Origin: Diplonema japonicum
Taxonomy: Eukaryota > Protista > Euglenozoa: Diplonemea
Length of the DNA stretch: 64,000 nt
Assembly: GCA_964019335.1 (NCBI GenBank)
Contig: OZ025706.1
Span: forward strand, 372,001 to 436,000
Reading direction: 5' to 3'
Shown here: in pieces, positions 55,737 to 64,000 of the stretch
How positions within the stretch are numbered: position 1 is the stretch's first letter
How the letters are laid out: each line of letters opens with the position of its first letter
Notes under the pieces: model-generated
The model's database searches: none
The model's input: the letters and a program-made list of their open reading frames with translations, nothing else
What the model was told of the DNA's origin: nothing
Made by a program: the position numbers and the translations under genes

Positions 55737-58700
55737 TTAAAACACCTCCTTCATCCGCAACTTAACTATCTCGAAGAAAGCAAGCCCGCCGCCGCTGCTA
55801 CCGTTGCTCAGAACGGCAACTGTTTTCTCGTCGTTGGCGACCACAACACACGCATCCACGCGGCACACAGTGCTCAGCGTGATGTCACCGAGCGGGGAGT
55901 GCAGGATGACTGTAGTCCCCATGGGGGAAATGGTGACGCCCCACAAAGAAGCACATGGCTCATGGCCAGGGCTGTGGCCCGTAACTATCTTCCCAGTAAT
56001 GTTGAGGGCATCATAGCAGATGTCATTGTGGTAAATAGTGCACTTGTCTGCGTTGTACAAGATGCCGGTGGTGTCCCTGGCCCTAGCCCCAGTCTCGGTT
56101 CCGTGTGGTTCCTCGTGATACATAACTATTTCCATTCTTGTTTCGAGAATCAGTTTGTTCCCAAAGGGAACGATTCCGGAACACGGTGGGGCTTTGCATT
56201 GGTACGTCTTCAGCCCGTCCCACACGCGGACCCCGTCCCTGCCCAGTGTCGCGACGGAGGCGCCCAGCAAGCACATGGACCGCACAACGGAGCCATGTCC
56301 AGGAAGAGCCTTCATGAAGGTTAGCGATTTCCCGTTGTAGGTGAAGACAGTGACGATGCCTGACATGAGTGCTGCAGCGAGCACAGGGCTGCTGTTCGAA
56401 CAGTGCGTGAAGACCTCTTGCTGTGGGCTGAACACATGTTTGCACCGCGTTGTGCCGTCTATGCTGTGCACCGTGATGGTGTTGCCCCCTCTCGTGGTCA
56501 CTGCCAGGTCGGTCAGTAAGGATGTAACAACACTACCGGCAGGCTCTGGGATGCGGAAGTTCGGGACTATTTCAAGCCTTTCGGCGTCTGGCGTCTTCAC
56601 AACTACTTCGCCGTCGCATCTCACACCAACAAGAGAGTTCTCGGGGTTCACCCACAAAGTGTGTACAGGTGGGCGACCGTCTTGTGCCAGCAGCACGCCT
56701 TTCATTTCCATAAATAAATACTTATCTATCCTGCTCGAGGGGATGCCTCTGTTCGTGACCCATTCCGTGACGCCTCCCTGGTCGTCGCCCACAGCCACCG
56801 TCCCTTCCAGCACTGCCATGCTTGTCACGCGGGTGATGTTCTTCAGTTGGATGGTTTTCAGTACCTTCCGTGTTGAAGTGTCCCACACGGTCAGGTACGG
56901 GTGGTCAGGCGACGTTCTGTTTTGGGTGACTCCGAACATGCGTCTGTTATCACGTGCTGGTCGCAGGAGGGTGTAGGTTGCGTGTTTCTCAGTGTCCAGA
57001 GCACCTTCAGTGTGTAGAGGGATCGGGTGTATGAGTGGGGCTGTTTGATGGACAAGTTTTGCCCACAGGATGTGTCGCATTTTGTGCGCGAACTTCGCCG
57101 ACTGCGAAGCAGCCTTCTTCAGCATGCTTTTCAGTTTCGGGGCACGGGCCCGTGTTTCTTCGTCCGAAACTTTAAACCTTGCATACAGCTCAGTCAGCAT
57201 GTCCCCCGTGCAGTGCAGGTCGGCACCGTGCAGCGTGCTGTGCACCAGCCTGCAATCGTAACTATCTGCGCCCACCCTTCCCATCTGGCTTATGTACTGC
57301 CGTATCCCACCACCGCTCCGGTGCACCACCGGAACACCCCCACCCTTAAGAGCTTCCAACGTGATGACGTCTTCTACGAACTTCTGCGACCCTACCTCTG
57401 CCATGAATGCAAAGTGGTGCTCCTTTAGGTACTCCTCTGTCACTGGCTCGCAAGGGCCTAGGATACTGTAGTCCTTCTCCACAAGTGCAGCCACAAGAGT
57501 AGCCCTCCCACTCTTGTACATCTCCCGTAGCTGTGCTGCGATGGGACCCGGCATCGTCAGTACACCTCCACAGCACGAGACACCCAGTACCTTCAACATG
57601 TTCAGCTCTTGCTGGTCCAGCCCACAGAGCCACTGTAGCAGTTGAATGGGAACAGACAGATTCGGATCGCAGAGGATGGAAAGGTACGACAGAGCAGCAA
57701 CGCATGACGCAGGTAGGGCTTCTATCCCAAACGAGATCAGCAAGAACAAAGCTGTCGGGAGCTCCGTGGTCCCCTTTCGGCGGAGCAACACTTGTGTCTT
57801 GGCGGCCTTCATAGCATCCTGAAGTCGTGCGAGCACCGTTTCAGCGTCGACACCTGCCGCAACAAGCCTTCCCGATAGCATGTGCAGCAGTGCTGACCTC
57901 TCCAGTACTTGAGTCAGGTCTGCTAAAACAGACCCGGTATCAACACCCTGGTTCTTGAAATACTCGGCAGCTGTGGAGGTGTCCCACTCTACGGTAAGGG
58001 AGGCCCTGTCGCTTATCATGTCAGCCACGTCCTTCTGTGTGGTGTTGATCAAACACTTCGAGTAGCTTTCCTCTAAAACTGCCTTCAGAGCCGAGACTAC
58101 CGAAGTGTCTGTCACATCATCGACAACAAGGAGGGCTGTCTTGCACCGCATGATGCCTTTAAGGGTGCTAGCTGCTGTCTGGGGGGTCATGTCGCAGTAG
58201 ACGTCGTAAGGTACTCCGAACAGGTGTAGCAGGGCGTCGATGTCTGACCCAACGAACACGCCGTCAGGGAAGCGTGAGGGGGCACGCTCACAGCATGCTA
58301 CAGTAGCGCACAACATGGTCTTCCCGCACCCAGAGGGGCCTGTCACGCAGAACAAGGGTTGTGCTCTGCCCTCACTGTATAGGTTGAGCAGTAGGCCAGG
58401 TTCGCCACACACTTCAACAGCATCCCCTCGGTTCTGGAAGGAGTGACGGAGTGACGTGTTCCACTTAACGGATACCCACGTAGGCTCGCAAAACACAGGC
58501 TCTGCAGCAGGGCAAGGTTCATTGTCCAGGACAGGTTCCTGTTCTTCCTTCAAATGCCTCCACGTCCTCGGGCCGTCTAAGAGGTTGCACTCCTGCAGTG
58601 GGCCAGCGTTATCCAAAACCTTCTTCTGTGACTTCTCAACAATGCTTCTCCGCAATTTTAGCAGCTCTGCGTAAGGGTCGCCACTGCCTTTTTTCGCGCT

Positions 58701-59045
58701 CGCCGTCTTTTCAGACGCCTTCCCAGGGACCTCTTTTACAGTTCGAATATTACTGTTCAGGTTAACTTCTTCCAAAATGGGGTTGTTATCAAGCGCTTCC
58801 TCCAGCTCCCGGACTTGCCTGTTAAGGCTCTCCACCCTTTCCAAACACTCCTGGGCTTCTTCGTATTTCTGAAAGGAGTCTTCCCCAAACGTCGCGGGTA
58901 AACATCTTTCCTTCTCTTGCAGATCCTTCCTCGCTGTCTCAAGCCGTCTCTTCACGTCGGCTGCTGCTTCGAGCTGCAGGTTTCTCACCTCGACTTGAGC
59001 CGTGCGGAGCTTCTGCAGCTTGAACCTTCCGGCCACATCGCACAT
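55737..59045 (-). CDS. STAND NTPase: coiled-coil + NB-ARC + WD40 (Apaf-1-like architecture)
   Basis: Walker A VTGPSGCGKTML, RFPDGVF, Walker B ALLVVDDV, C-terminal WD40-like repeats (LTVWDT, LPGHGSVVRSM, VRVWD). Start assumed at MCDVAG, after a CAG possible trans-splice acceptor. Confidence 0.78.
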   Translation of the reverse strand: MCDVAGRFKLQKLRTAQVEVRNLQLEAAADVKRRLETARKDLQEKERCLPATFGEDSFQKYEEAQECLERVESLNRQVRELEEALDNNPILEEVNLNSNIRTVKEVPGKASEKTASAKKGSGDPYAELLKLRRSIVEKSQKKVLDNAGPLQECNLLDGPRTWRHLKEEQEPVLDNEPCPAAEPVFCEPTWVSVKWNTSLRHSFQNRGDAVEVCGEPGLLLNLYSEGRAQPLFCVTGPSGCGKTMLCATVACCERAPSRFPDGVFVGSDIDALLHLFGVPYDVYCDMTPQTAASTLKGIMRCKTALLVVDDVTDTSVVSALKAVLEESYSKCLINTTQKDVADMISDRASLTVEWDTSTAAEYFKNQGVDTGSVLADLTQVLERSALLHMLSGRLVAAGVDAETVLARLQDAMKAAKTQVLLRRKGTTELPTALFLLISFGIEALPASCVAALSYLSILCDPNLSVPIQLLQWLCGLDQQELNMLKVLGVSCCGGVLTMPGPIAAQLREMYKSGRATLVAALVEKDYSILGPCEPVTEEYLKEHHFAFMAEVGSQKFVEDVITLEALKGGGVPVVHRSGGGIRQYISQMGRVGADSYDCRLVHSTLHGADLHCTGDMLTELYARFKVSDEETRARAPKLKSMLKKAASQSAKFAHKMRHILWAKLVHQTAPLIHPIPLHTEGALDTEKHATYTLLRPARDNRRMFGVTQNRTSPDHPYLTVWDTSTRKVLKTIQLKNITRVTSMAVLEGTVAVGDDQGGVTEWVTNRGIPSSRIDKYLFMEMKGVLLAQDGRPPVHTLWVNPENSLVGVRCDGEVVVKTPDAERLEIVPNFRIPEPAGSVVTSLLTDLAVTTRGGNTITVHSIDGTTRCKHVFSPQQEVFTHCSNSSPVLAAALMSGIVTVFTYNGKSLTFMKALPGHGSVVRSMCLLGASVATLGRDGVRVWDGLKTYQCKAPPCSGIVPFGNKLILETRMEIVMYHEEPHGTETGARARDTTGILYNADKCTIYHNDICYDALNITGKIVTGHSPGHEPCASLWGVTISPMGTTVILHSPLGDITLSTVCRVDACVVVANDEKTVAVLSNGSSGGGLAFFEIVKLRMKEVF

Positions 59046-59173
59046 TGTGTAACCTGTGGGTAGTACGCACCACACTGATAGGTGAATATGCCTGACTATT
59101 GTAAATGATAGGATAGCAAAGGCGGCCCAGCAAGGCACGCTTTACGATATGGGATGAGAGACGAGGGACGTGG

Positions 59174-60950
59174 CTACAGGAGGTTAAGCTTCTCCCACAG
59201 CTCCATGTTGCGGGTTTCGGAGGGGGAACCAGAGAAGTATTCCCGGTTGTGACTGACAGCCTCCTTCGTGGGGAATAAGCACTCGTAACCACCAGTGTGC
59301 CGCTGCTCTTCCTCAACACGCTTGGCAAAATCAGCAGGGTCCCACTCATGGCGAACCGGGGGGCCTGCTGGAGGAAGAGTGCGGACTAGGGACTCGATGC
59401 GTTTTGCGAGTTCGTCGAGCTTCGCGGGGTCCCTTTCCTCTTCTTCCTTCTTCTGCTCCTCCCGGAGCATTTCCTGCACCTCATCAATCATGTAGCGCAC
59501 TCTCTGTAAACATGCTGCCGTGTTGCTTCCATACCATGTCCTCAGGGTCTCTCTCGAAGCTCTGCACCATCAACATGTTCAGCAGGTCTGTCATGATGCC
59601 GCACTTGACGGCCCAGTCCATCGCGCTACTCGACTCCAGGGAAGGTATGCAGTTCACCTATAGTAACGTAACAAGCATGCTGCCTCATACCTCGATGAGC
59701 CACGGCTTCAGGTCCTCATCGATCATCACGTCAAATCCAAACAGCTCGAAGCTTTGGTTGGTGAAGACACCGTTCTTGTCGTGCTCCTGCGGTGCTTGCT
59801 GCACTGTGTGCTTTCATACCTGGAGGTGTTTTGAAATAGGCCGCTCTGCAGCGATGAGCGCCTTCACGATAGCATCACACGTACCCTTCCATATGGTGTC
59901 CCATTGTGCATCGCCTTTCTCCTGCTGCATCCACGTTTTGAGCTCAGAGATGCTCCATTTGAACCTCGGCCACGAGGGGTCTTCAGGGTCTGTATCAGAA
60001 GGCCTCGAAGGTGTCTGCCACGGCTCAAGGGGCGTTGCGAGTTCTGGTGGTGCGTCCACCGGGTTGACTCCCGGGAGAGAGGTGTCGTCATTCTTTTTGA
60101 GGGTAATCTCACGCTTCCTTGCGAGGGATGAGTTAGTAAGTTGTGCGAGGCGGTTCCCTCCTTCGTATTCCTCCGAGGCAAACCTCACGAGGCCCTCTTG
60201 ATAGATGTACACCACTAGCGGGTTGATGCTCGTCACAGCGACGTAGAGCCGCAGGTCGAACTTCCTGCTGTTGATGAGAAGCGGTGGTGTGATGTACCGT
60301 TGCACCACCCAGTTCCTGTGTCGGTAGACCTTCGTCCCATCGATGATGGACGGTGGAGGTGCAGGTGCTGTTGCATAGGCGAGGAGCTTCTGCAGAAGCG
60401 TGTCGCCTGCCTTGAGCACAGTGATTTCCCTCCCGCAGCTGCCCCGTGCGGGTTTTGAGATGAGCATCTCTTCTGGGTTGTCATCCGTGTAGGACTGCAG
60501 CTCGGCATGTTGTAGAGGGAGGATCCAGGTCTTGGGGGTGATGTCGAAGGCAGGGCCGTAGGTTGCACGCATAAAAGAGATAGCAGAGTACATGCCGTCC
60601 TTCGACCCAAGATGGATGTAACTACTGGGAACGTGGTTGACCCACTGGCGCTTGTCTGTCAGAGCCCCTTGTGCTTCGTGTTCTTCGGAGTTTGAGTCCA
60701 GACTGAAGGGCCGCCTCCAGATTATGTTGCATTGCAGCAAGGAATCCTTGTGCACCCTTTTGAAACCGCTCTTTAGTAAGGGGACCCTCACTGCGTAGTA
60801 ACTACCTTGCGTGACCTTGTACAGCAACTTCGAGCACCCCTCGAATTCCTTCGCGGGACCACCCTTGTCCTCCGACCTGCTGAACAGCACACTCTCCTTC
60901 ACACGCAGCCCATGTTTTATCCGCGCCAAGCAGACGACAGTCCTCTTCAT
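59174..60950 (-). CDS. Tubulin-tyrosine ligase-like (TTLL) protein
   Basis: ISKPARGSCGREI, VVQRYI..PLLINSRKFDLRLYV, EGLVRFAS, LTNSS; FELFGFDVMIDEDLKPWLIE|VN is restored by removing introns 59787-59819, 59658-59690 and 59504-59534. Confidence 0.93.
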
Positions 60951-61176
60951 CACCCTGTGTGTCCGTTGTGGTATGGTTCAAACTGTAAAAAAAAAGGCTT
61001 TGCCAGCAATACGTTTTTATTTTACTTTTCTTCTTCTTCTTCTTTTAATTTCCTTCGAAAAATCAAGGATTGGTGGTGTGCACCATCCACGCAGGCTATT
61101 CCTATCGGACTGAACTAATGGGGTGGGGTGGGGCATGAAAGGGGTCTTTTTCTTCTTTTTTCCTCCGCTAGTTGCC

Positions 61177-61691
61177 TCACTTCTGCTCAACCTCTAGCAA
61201 GACACCCGAAACGGTTTTGGGGTGGAAGAACATGACAGGTTTGCCGTGTGCGCCGATCTTTGGCTTCTCGCCAAGGGGTTTGAGGCCGTTAGCAACTGCC
61301 TCTTCGATGGCGACCTGTGTGGTGTGGGTGTTGTGCTGGTGAGCAGTGCGGATACCTGAATGTCGTCGACTTCGATGCAGATGTGGTGCATGCCTCCAAG
61401 GGGGTTCTTCGTGAAGAAGGACGCGATCGGGGACTTGTCTCCCAGGGGGTGCAGCAGCTCGAGCTTCGTGTTGGGTAGCTCCACGAACACAGTGGTCACA
61501 CCATGCTCGGGGAGGTCTGTGGGATCGCTCACCCTCGCACCAAACAGTTCCTTGTACACCCCTGCAGCCTCCTTGATACACTTCTCCTTAGGCACCGCGA
61601 TAGCCACATGGTTCAAGGTCCCCGTCACAGACTGCGACACATCAGTGCTGCACGCCCGCCTCCCCGCGCTCAGAAAACCCCTTCTCAGCAT
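61177..61691 (-). CDS. MCEE: Methylmalonyl-CoA epimerase, mitochondrial
   Basis: Transit peptide MLRRGFL; LNHVAIAVP, LPEHGVTTVFV, GGMHHICIEVDDI, KIGAHGKPVMFFHPK; intron 61315-61355. Confidence 0.95.
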
Positions 61692-61815
61692 TTTTTTTTT
61701 TTTTTTTTTTTTTTTTTCCTTTTCTTTTTTCCCTCTCTTCTTTTTTTTTTTTTTTTTTTGTTTCAAGCTAAAAGCACACTCCACCTTGTCTTAAAAGCCA
61801 CTTGGAAATATATAG

Positions 61816-62719
61816 ATCAGGTAAATAGCACAATGGTTCTCCGCATGTCAAAGTGATTGGCATAGCGTATATATATTAATGAAAAGTGTTGGTCATCATG
61901 TAGTCGAGAAAAAGACGATCCCGGTAGTTCCTGTCTGCTCCCTTGTGCCCCACTACCTGTGAGAAGGGCGCATAAGCTTGTTTCGTTGCTGTGGACACAA
62001 CAAAACGTGGATCAGGTAAATAGCACAATGGTTCTCCGCATGTCAAAGTGATTGGCATAGCGTATATATTAATGAAAAGTGTTGGTCATCATGTCGGCTA
62101 TGGTGGATGTGGGGTAAAAAAAAAGGGGGGGGAGGGCGGTATCTCCTTCTTTTCCCTCCCTCCCATATATATCTTGAAATCAGGTAAATAGCACAATGGT
62201 TCTCCGCAAATCAAAGTGATTGGCATAGCGTATATATATAATTGAAAAGTGTTGGTCATCATGTGGTCATGTGGGAGAGATGAGATGAGAAGAAGAAGGA
62301 CGCGCTGTCCGGTTTGCAGTGCGCAATGGTTCGCATCACTATTGTTGCTCTGTTGCTGACAAAACGAAACATGGATCAGGTAAATAGCACAATGGTTCTC
62401 CGCATGTCACAGTGATTGGCATAGCGTATATATTAATGAAAAGTGTTGGTCATCATGTAGTCATGTGTGGGAGAAGAAGGACGCGCCGTTTGGTTTGGAA
62501 TTGAAATCAGGTAAATAGCACAATGGTTCTCCGCAAATCAAAGTGATTGGCATAGCGTATATATTAATGAAAAGTGTTGGTCATCATGTAGTCATGTGTG
62601 GGAGAAGAAGGACGCGCCGTTTGGTTCGGAATTGAAATCAGGTAAATAGCACAATGGTTCTCCGCATGTCAAAGTGATTGGCATAGCGTATATATTAATG
62701 AAAAGTGTTGGTCATCATG
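61816..62719 (-). ncRNA. Tandem cluster of six box C/D snoRNA genes (83-85 nt each)
   Basis: Copies at 61816-61900, 62011-62093, 62179-62263, 62375-62457, 62506-62588 and 62637-62719. On the minus strand each begins with C box ATGATGA and ends with D box CTGA, with internal D'/C'-like TTGA..(A/T)TGCGGA. Confidence 0.82.
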
Positions 62720-63403
62720 TTGTTGCAAAAGCGCGCACGGCTAGGATCAAAAGTAGTCAATAAAAATGCTTATTTTCTTATTCAAGCAGAGAAAAACAAA
62801 AAGAGAAGAAAACAAACCAACAGAATACTCATCCTGCCGGACACTTGCTTTAGTCGCCCCCGCCATTCTTTCCTCACATGAGCGACCCAAACGGGCGAAA
62901 GGAGGTCAAGTCAAAAGCTTTGAACCACTTTATGGACACGTTTTCGCTCGTGCGCACAAACAAATGGAGCGCCAAACTAGTTTTCGTTAGTATAAGAATA
63001 AAACGGCTACTTTCCGATTTCGAGCGACTGTCATCGTTATGGGAAAGAAGAATAAAAACGGAGAAGAAAAAAAAAAGAACAAGGAAAACAAAGTGGGGGG
63101 GGTTTTAAAAAAAGGTTCGTTTATAGAATGACCCGCACTAATTACACGTGAGAGGGTGCCGATACACCGCTCTCAGTTATTTATTTTATTTTTCCTTTGT
63201 TTTTTTTCACCCCCCCCTACATTACGTTTCTTTAGCTGGCTCACCTATATTGAGAGACCAGAGGGGCAGGAGAGAGGCGGGAGAGAGACCAAAAGGATTC
63301 GAGATACGTTGATATGCAACTACGCAAGACAGAAAGAAAAAAAAAAAAAAAAAAAAAGCAAAAACGGGGGGAGATGAACTCAGACCTTTTCCAATGGGGC
63401 CGT

Positions 63404-64000
63404 CTACGGAGTAACCTCCTGGTAGGGTCCGAGGAAGCCTCCGTACTTGTTGGCAGCGAACCAACAAGCGCACAGTCCGTTGGGGAGCGTAGCGTTCTTT
63501 GGGCAGGCATCGACACCTGTCTCGTTGTTCTCCCAGTAGCTCTGCTTCAGGATGTTGAGACGGTTCTTCATGGCCTGAACCTTCTCTTGGTTCTCACTGG
63601 CAATGTCCGTGAGCTCGTGAGGGTCCTCCACTACATTGTACAAGCAGCCTTGAGTGCAGTCCGCGTTGTATGATTCAGGTTGCGACAGGTGCGACGTGGA
63701 GTTCGGGAAGTGCGGCCCGCCCCACGACGCGAAAGAGATCTTCCCGCCAAGGATGAGCTTCAGGTCACCCTCGATCAGAGTGGTGTCGTCAATGGGCACC
63801 TCAGTACGGGGCGAGGTCGCGTTTGCGCCCCTGACCAGATCCCATACATTGATCGAGTCAATGGGCGGAAGGTGCGACTCTGCAGCAGGCTTGTCCGTCG
63901 GGTCCACGCCAGCAAGGTGCGCAAACGTAGCGTACCAATCAGCAATGTGCACGACGCCCTCCTGCTTCGTCCCCCGCACAGCTTGGGGGAGGTACCCTCC
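63404..64000 (-). CDS. Arylsulfatase (ARSB/I/J-like), C-terminal part
   Basis: VHIADWYATF, IDSINVWD, SPRTE, GDLKLILG, CLYNVVEDPHELTDIA; the gene begins beyond the window end. Confidence 0.88.
   Translation of the reverse strand, partial: GGYLPQAVRGTKQEGVVHIADWYATFAHLAGVDPTDKPAAESHLPPIDSINVWDLVRGANATSPRTEVPIDDTTLIEGDLKLILGGKISFASWGGPHFPNSTSHLSQPESYNADCTQGCLYNVVEDPHELTDIASENQEKVQAMKNRLNILKQSYWENNETGVDACPKNATLPNGLCACWFAANKYGGFLGPYQEVTP

Noticed and set aside
61861-61885. snoRNA guide targeting the SSU rRNA AGCGTATATTAA region
   Set aside because: The similarity runs through the (TA)n stretch that varies in length between copies, so it is unlikely to be a constrained guide.
61816-62719. CRISPR array
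   Set aside because: Repeats of 83-85 nt are too long, spacers are irregular and partly duplicated, there are no cas genes, the context is eukaryotic, and C/D boxes bound each unit.
1-64000. tRNA, SL RNA or full rRNA genes
   Set aside because: No cloverleaf, SL exon motif or extended rRNA similarity was seen by eye.

Overview
Eukaryotic genomic DNA, most likely from a euglenozoan protist and probably a diplonemid (inference). About 30 protein-coding genes all lie on the minus strand, as in a polycistronic, trans-spliced gene cluster. Spacers are rich in A/T homopolymers. I reconstructed 31 very short GT-AG introns (31-102 nt, mostly 37-50). They lack a polypyrimidine tract and are often filled with sense-strand poly(A), which explains the spurious poly-Lys runs in the ORF track. 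Most start codons sit directly after a poly(A) run. Recognisable genes: FLVCR-like MFS transporter, mitochondrial carrier, GYF/PAM2 protein, TSET TTRAY/TWD40-like protein, GT34-like glycosyltransferase, Nup35/53-like protein with a TM helix, MCMDC2-like protein, tepsin, WW-containing myosin I, patatin, PARP-like protein, gamma-glutamyl hydrolase, EngB-like GTPase, Dpy-30 protein, three secreted Cys-rich paralogues, adenylate cyclase, dual-specificity phosphatase, an Apaf-1-like NB-ARC-WD40 protein, TTLL, methylmalonyl-CoA epimerase and a partial arylsulfatase. Non-coding features: a six-copy box C/D snoRNA array that superficially resembles a CRISPR array, two Helentron/DINE-like elements, a deleted hAT element, a GAG..CTC MITE family and an isolated SSU rRNA 530-loop motif. 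All family assignments come from motif recognition by eye; no database search was run.
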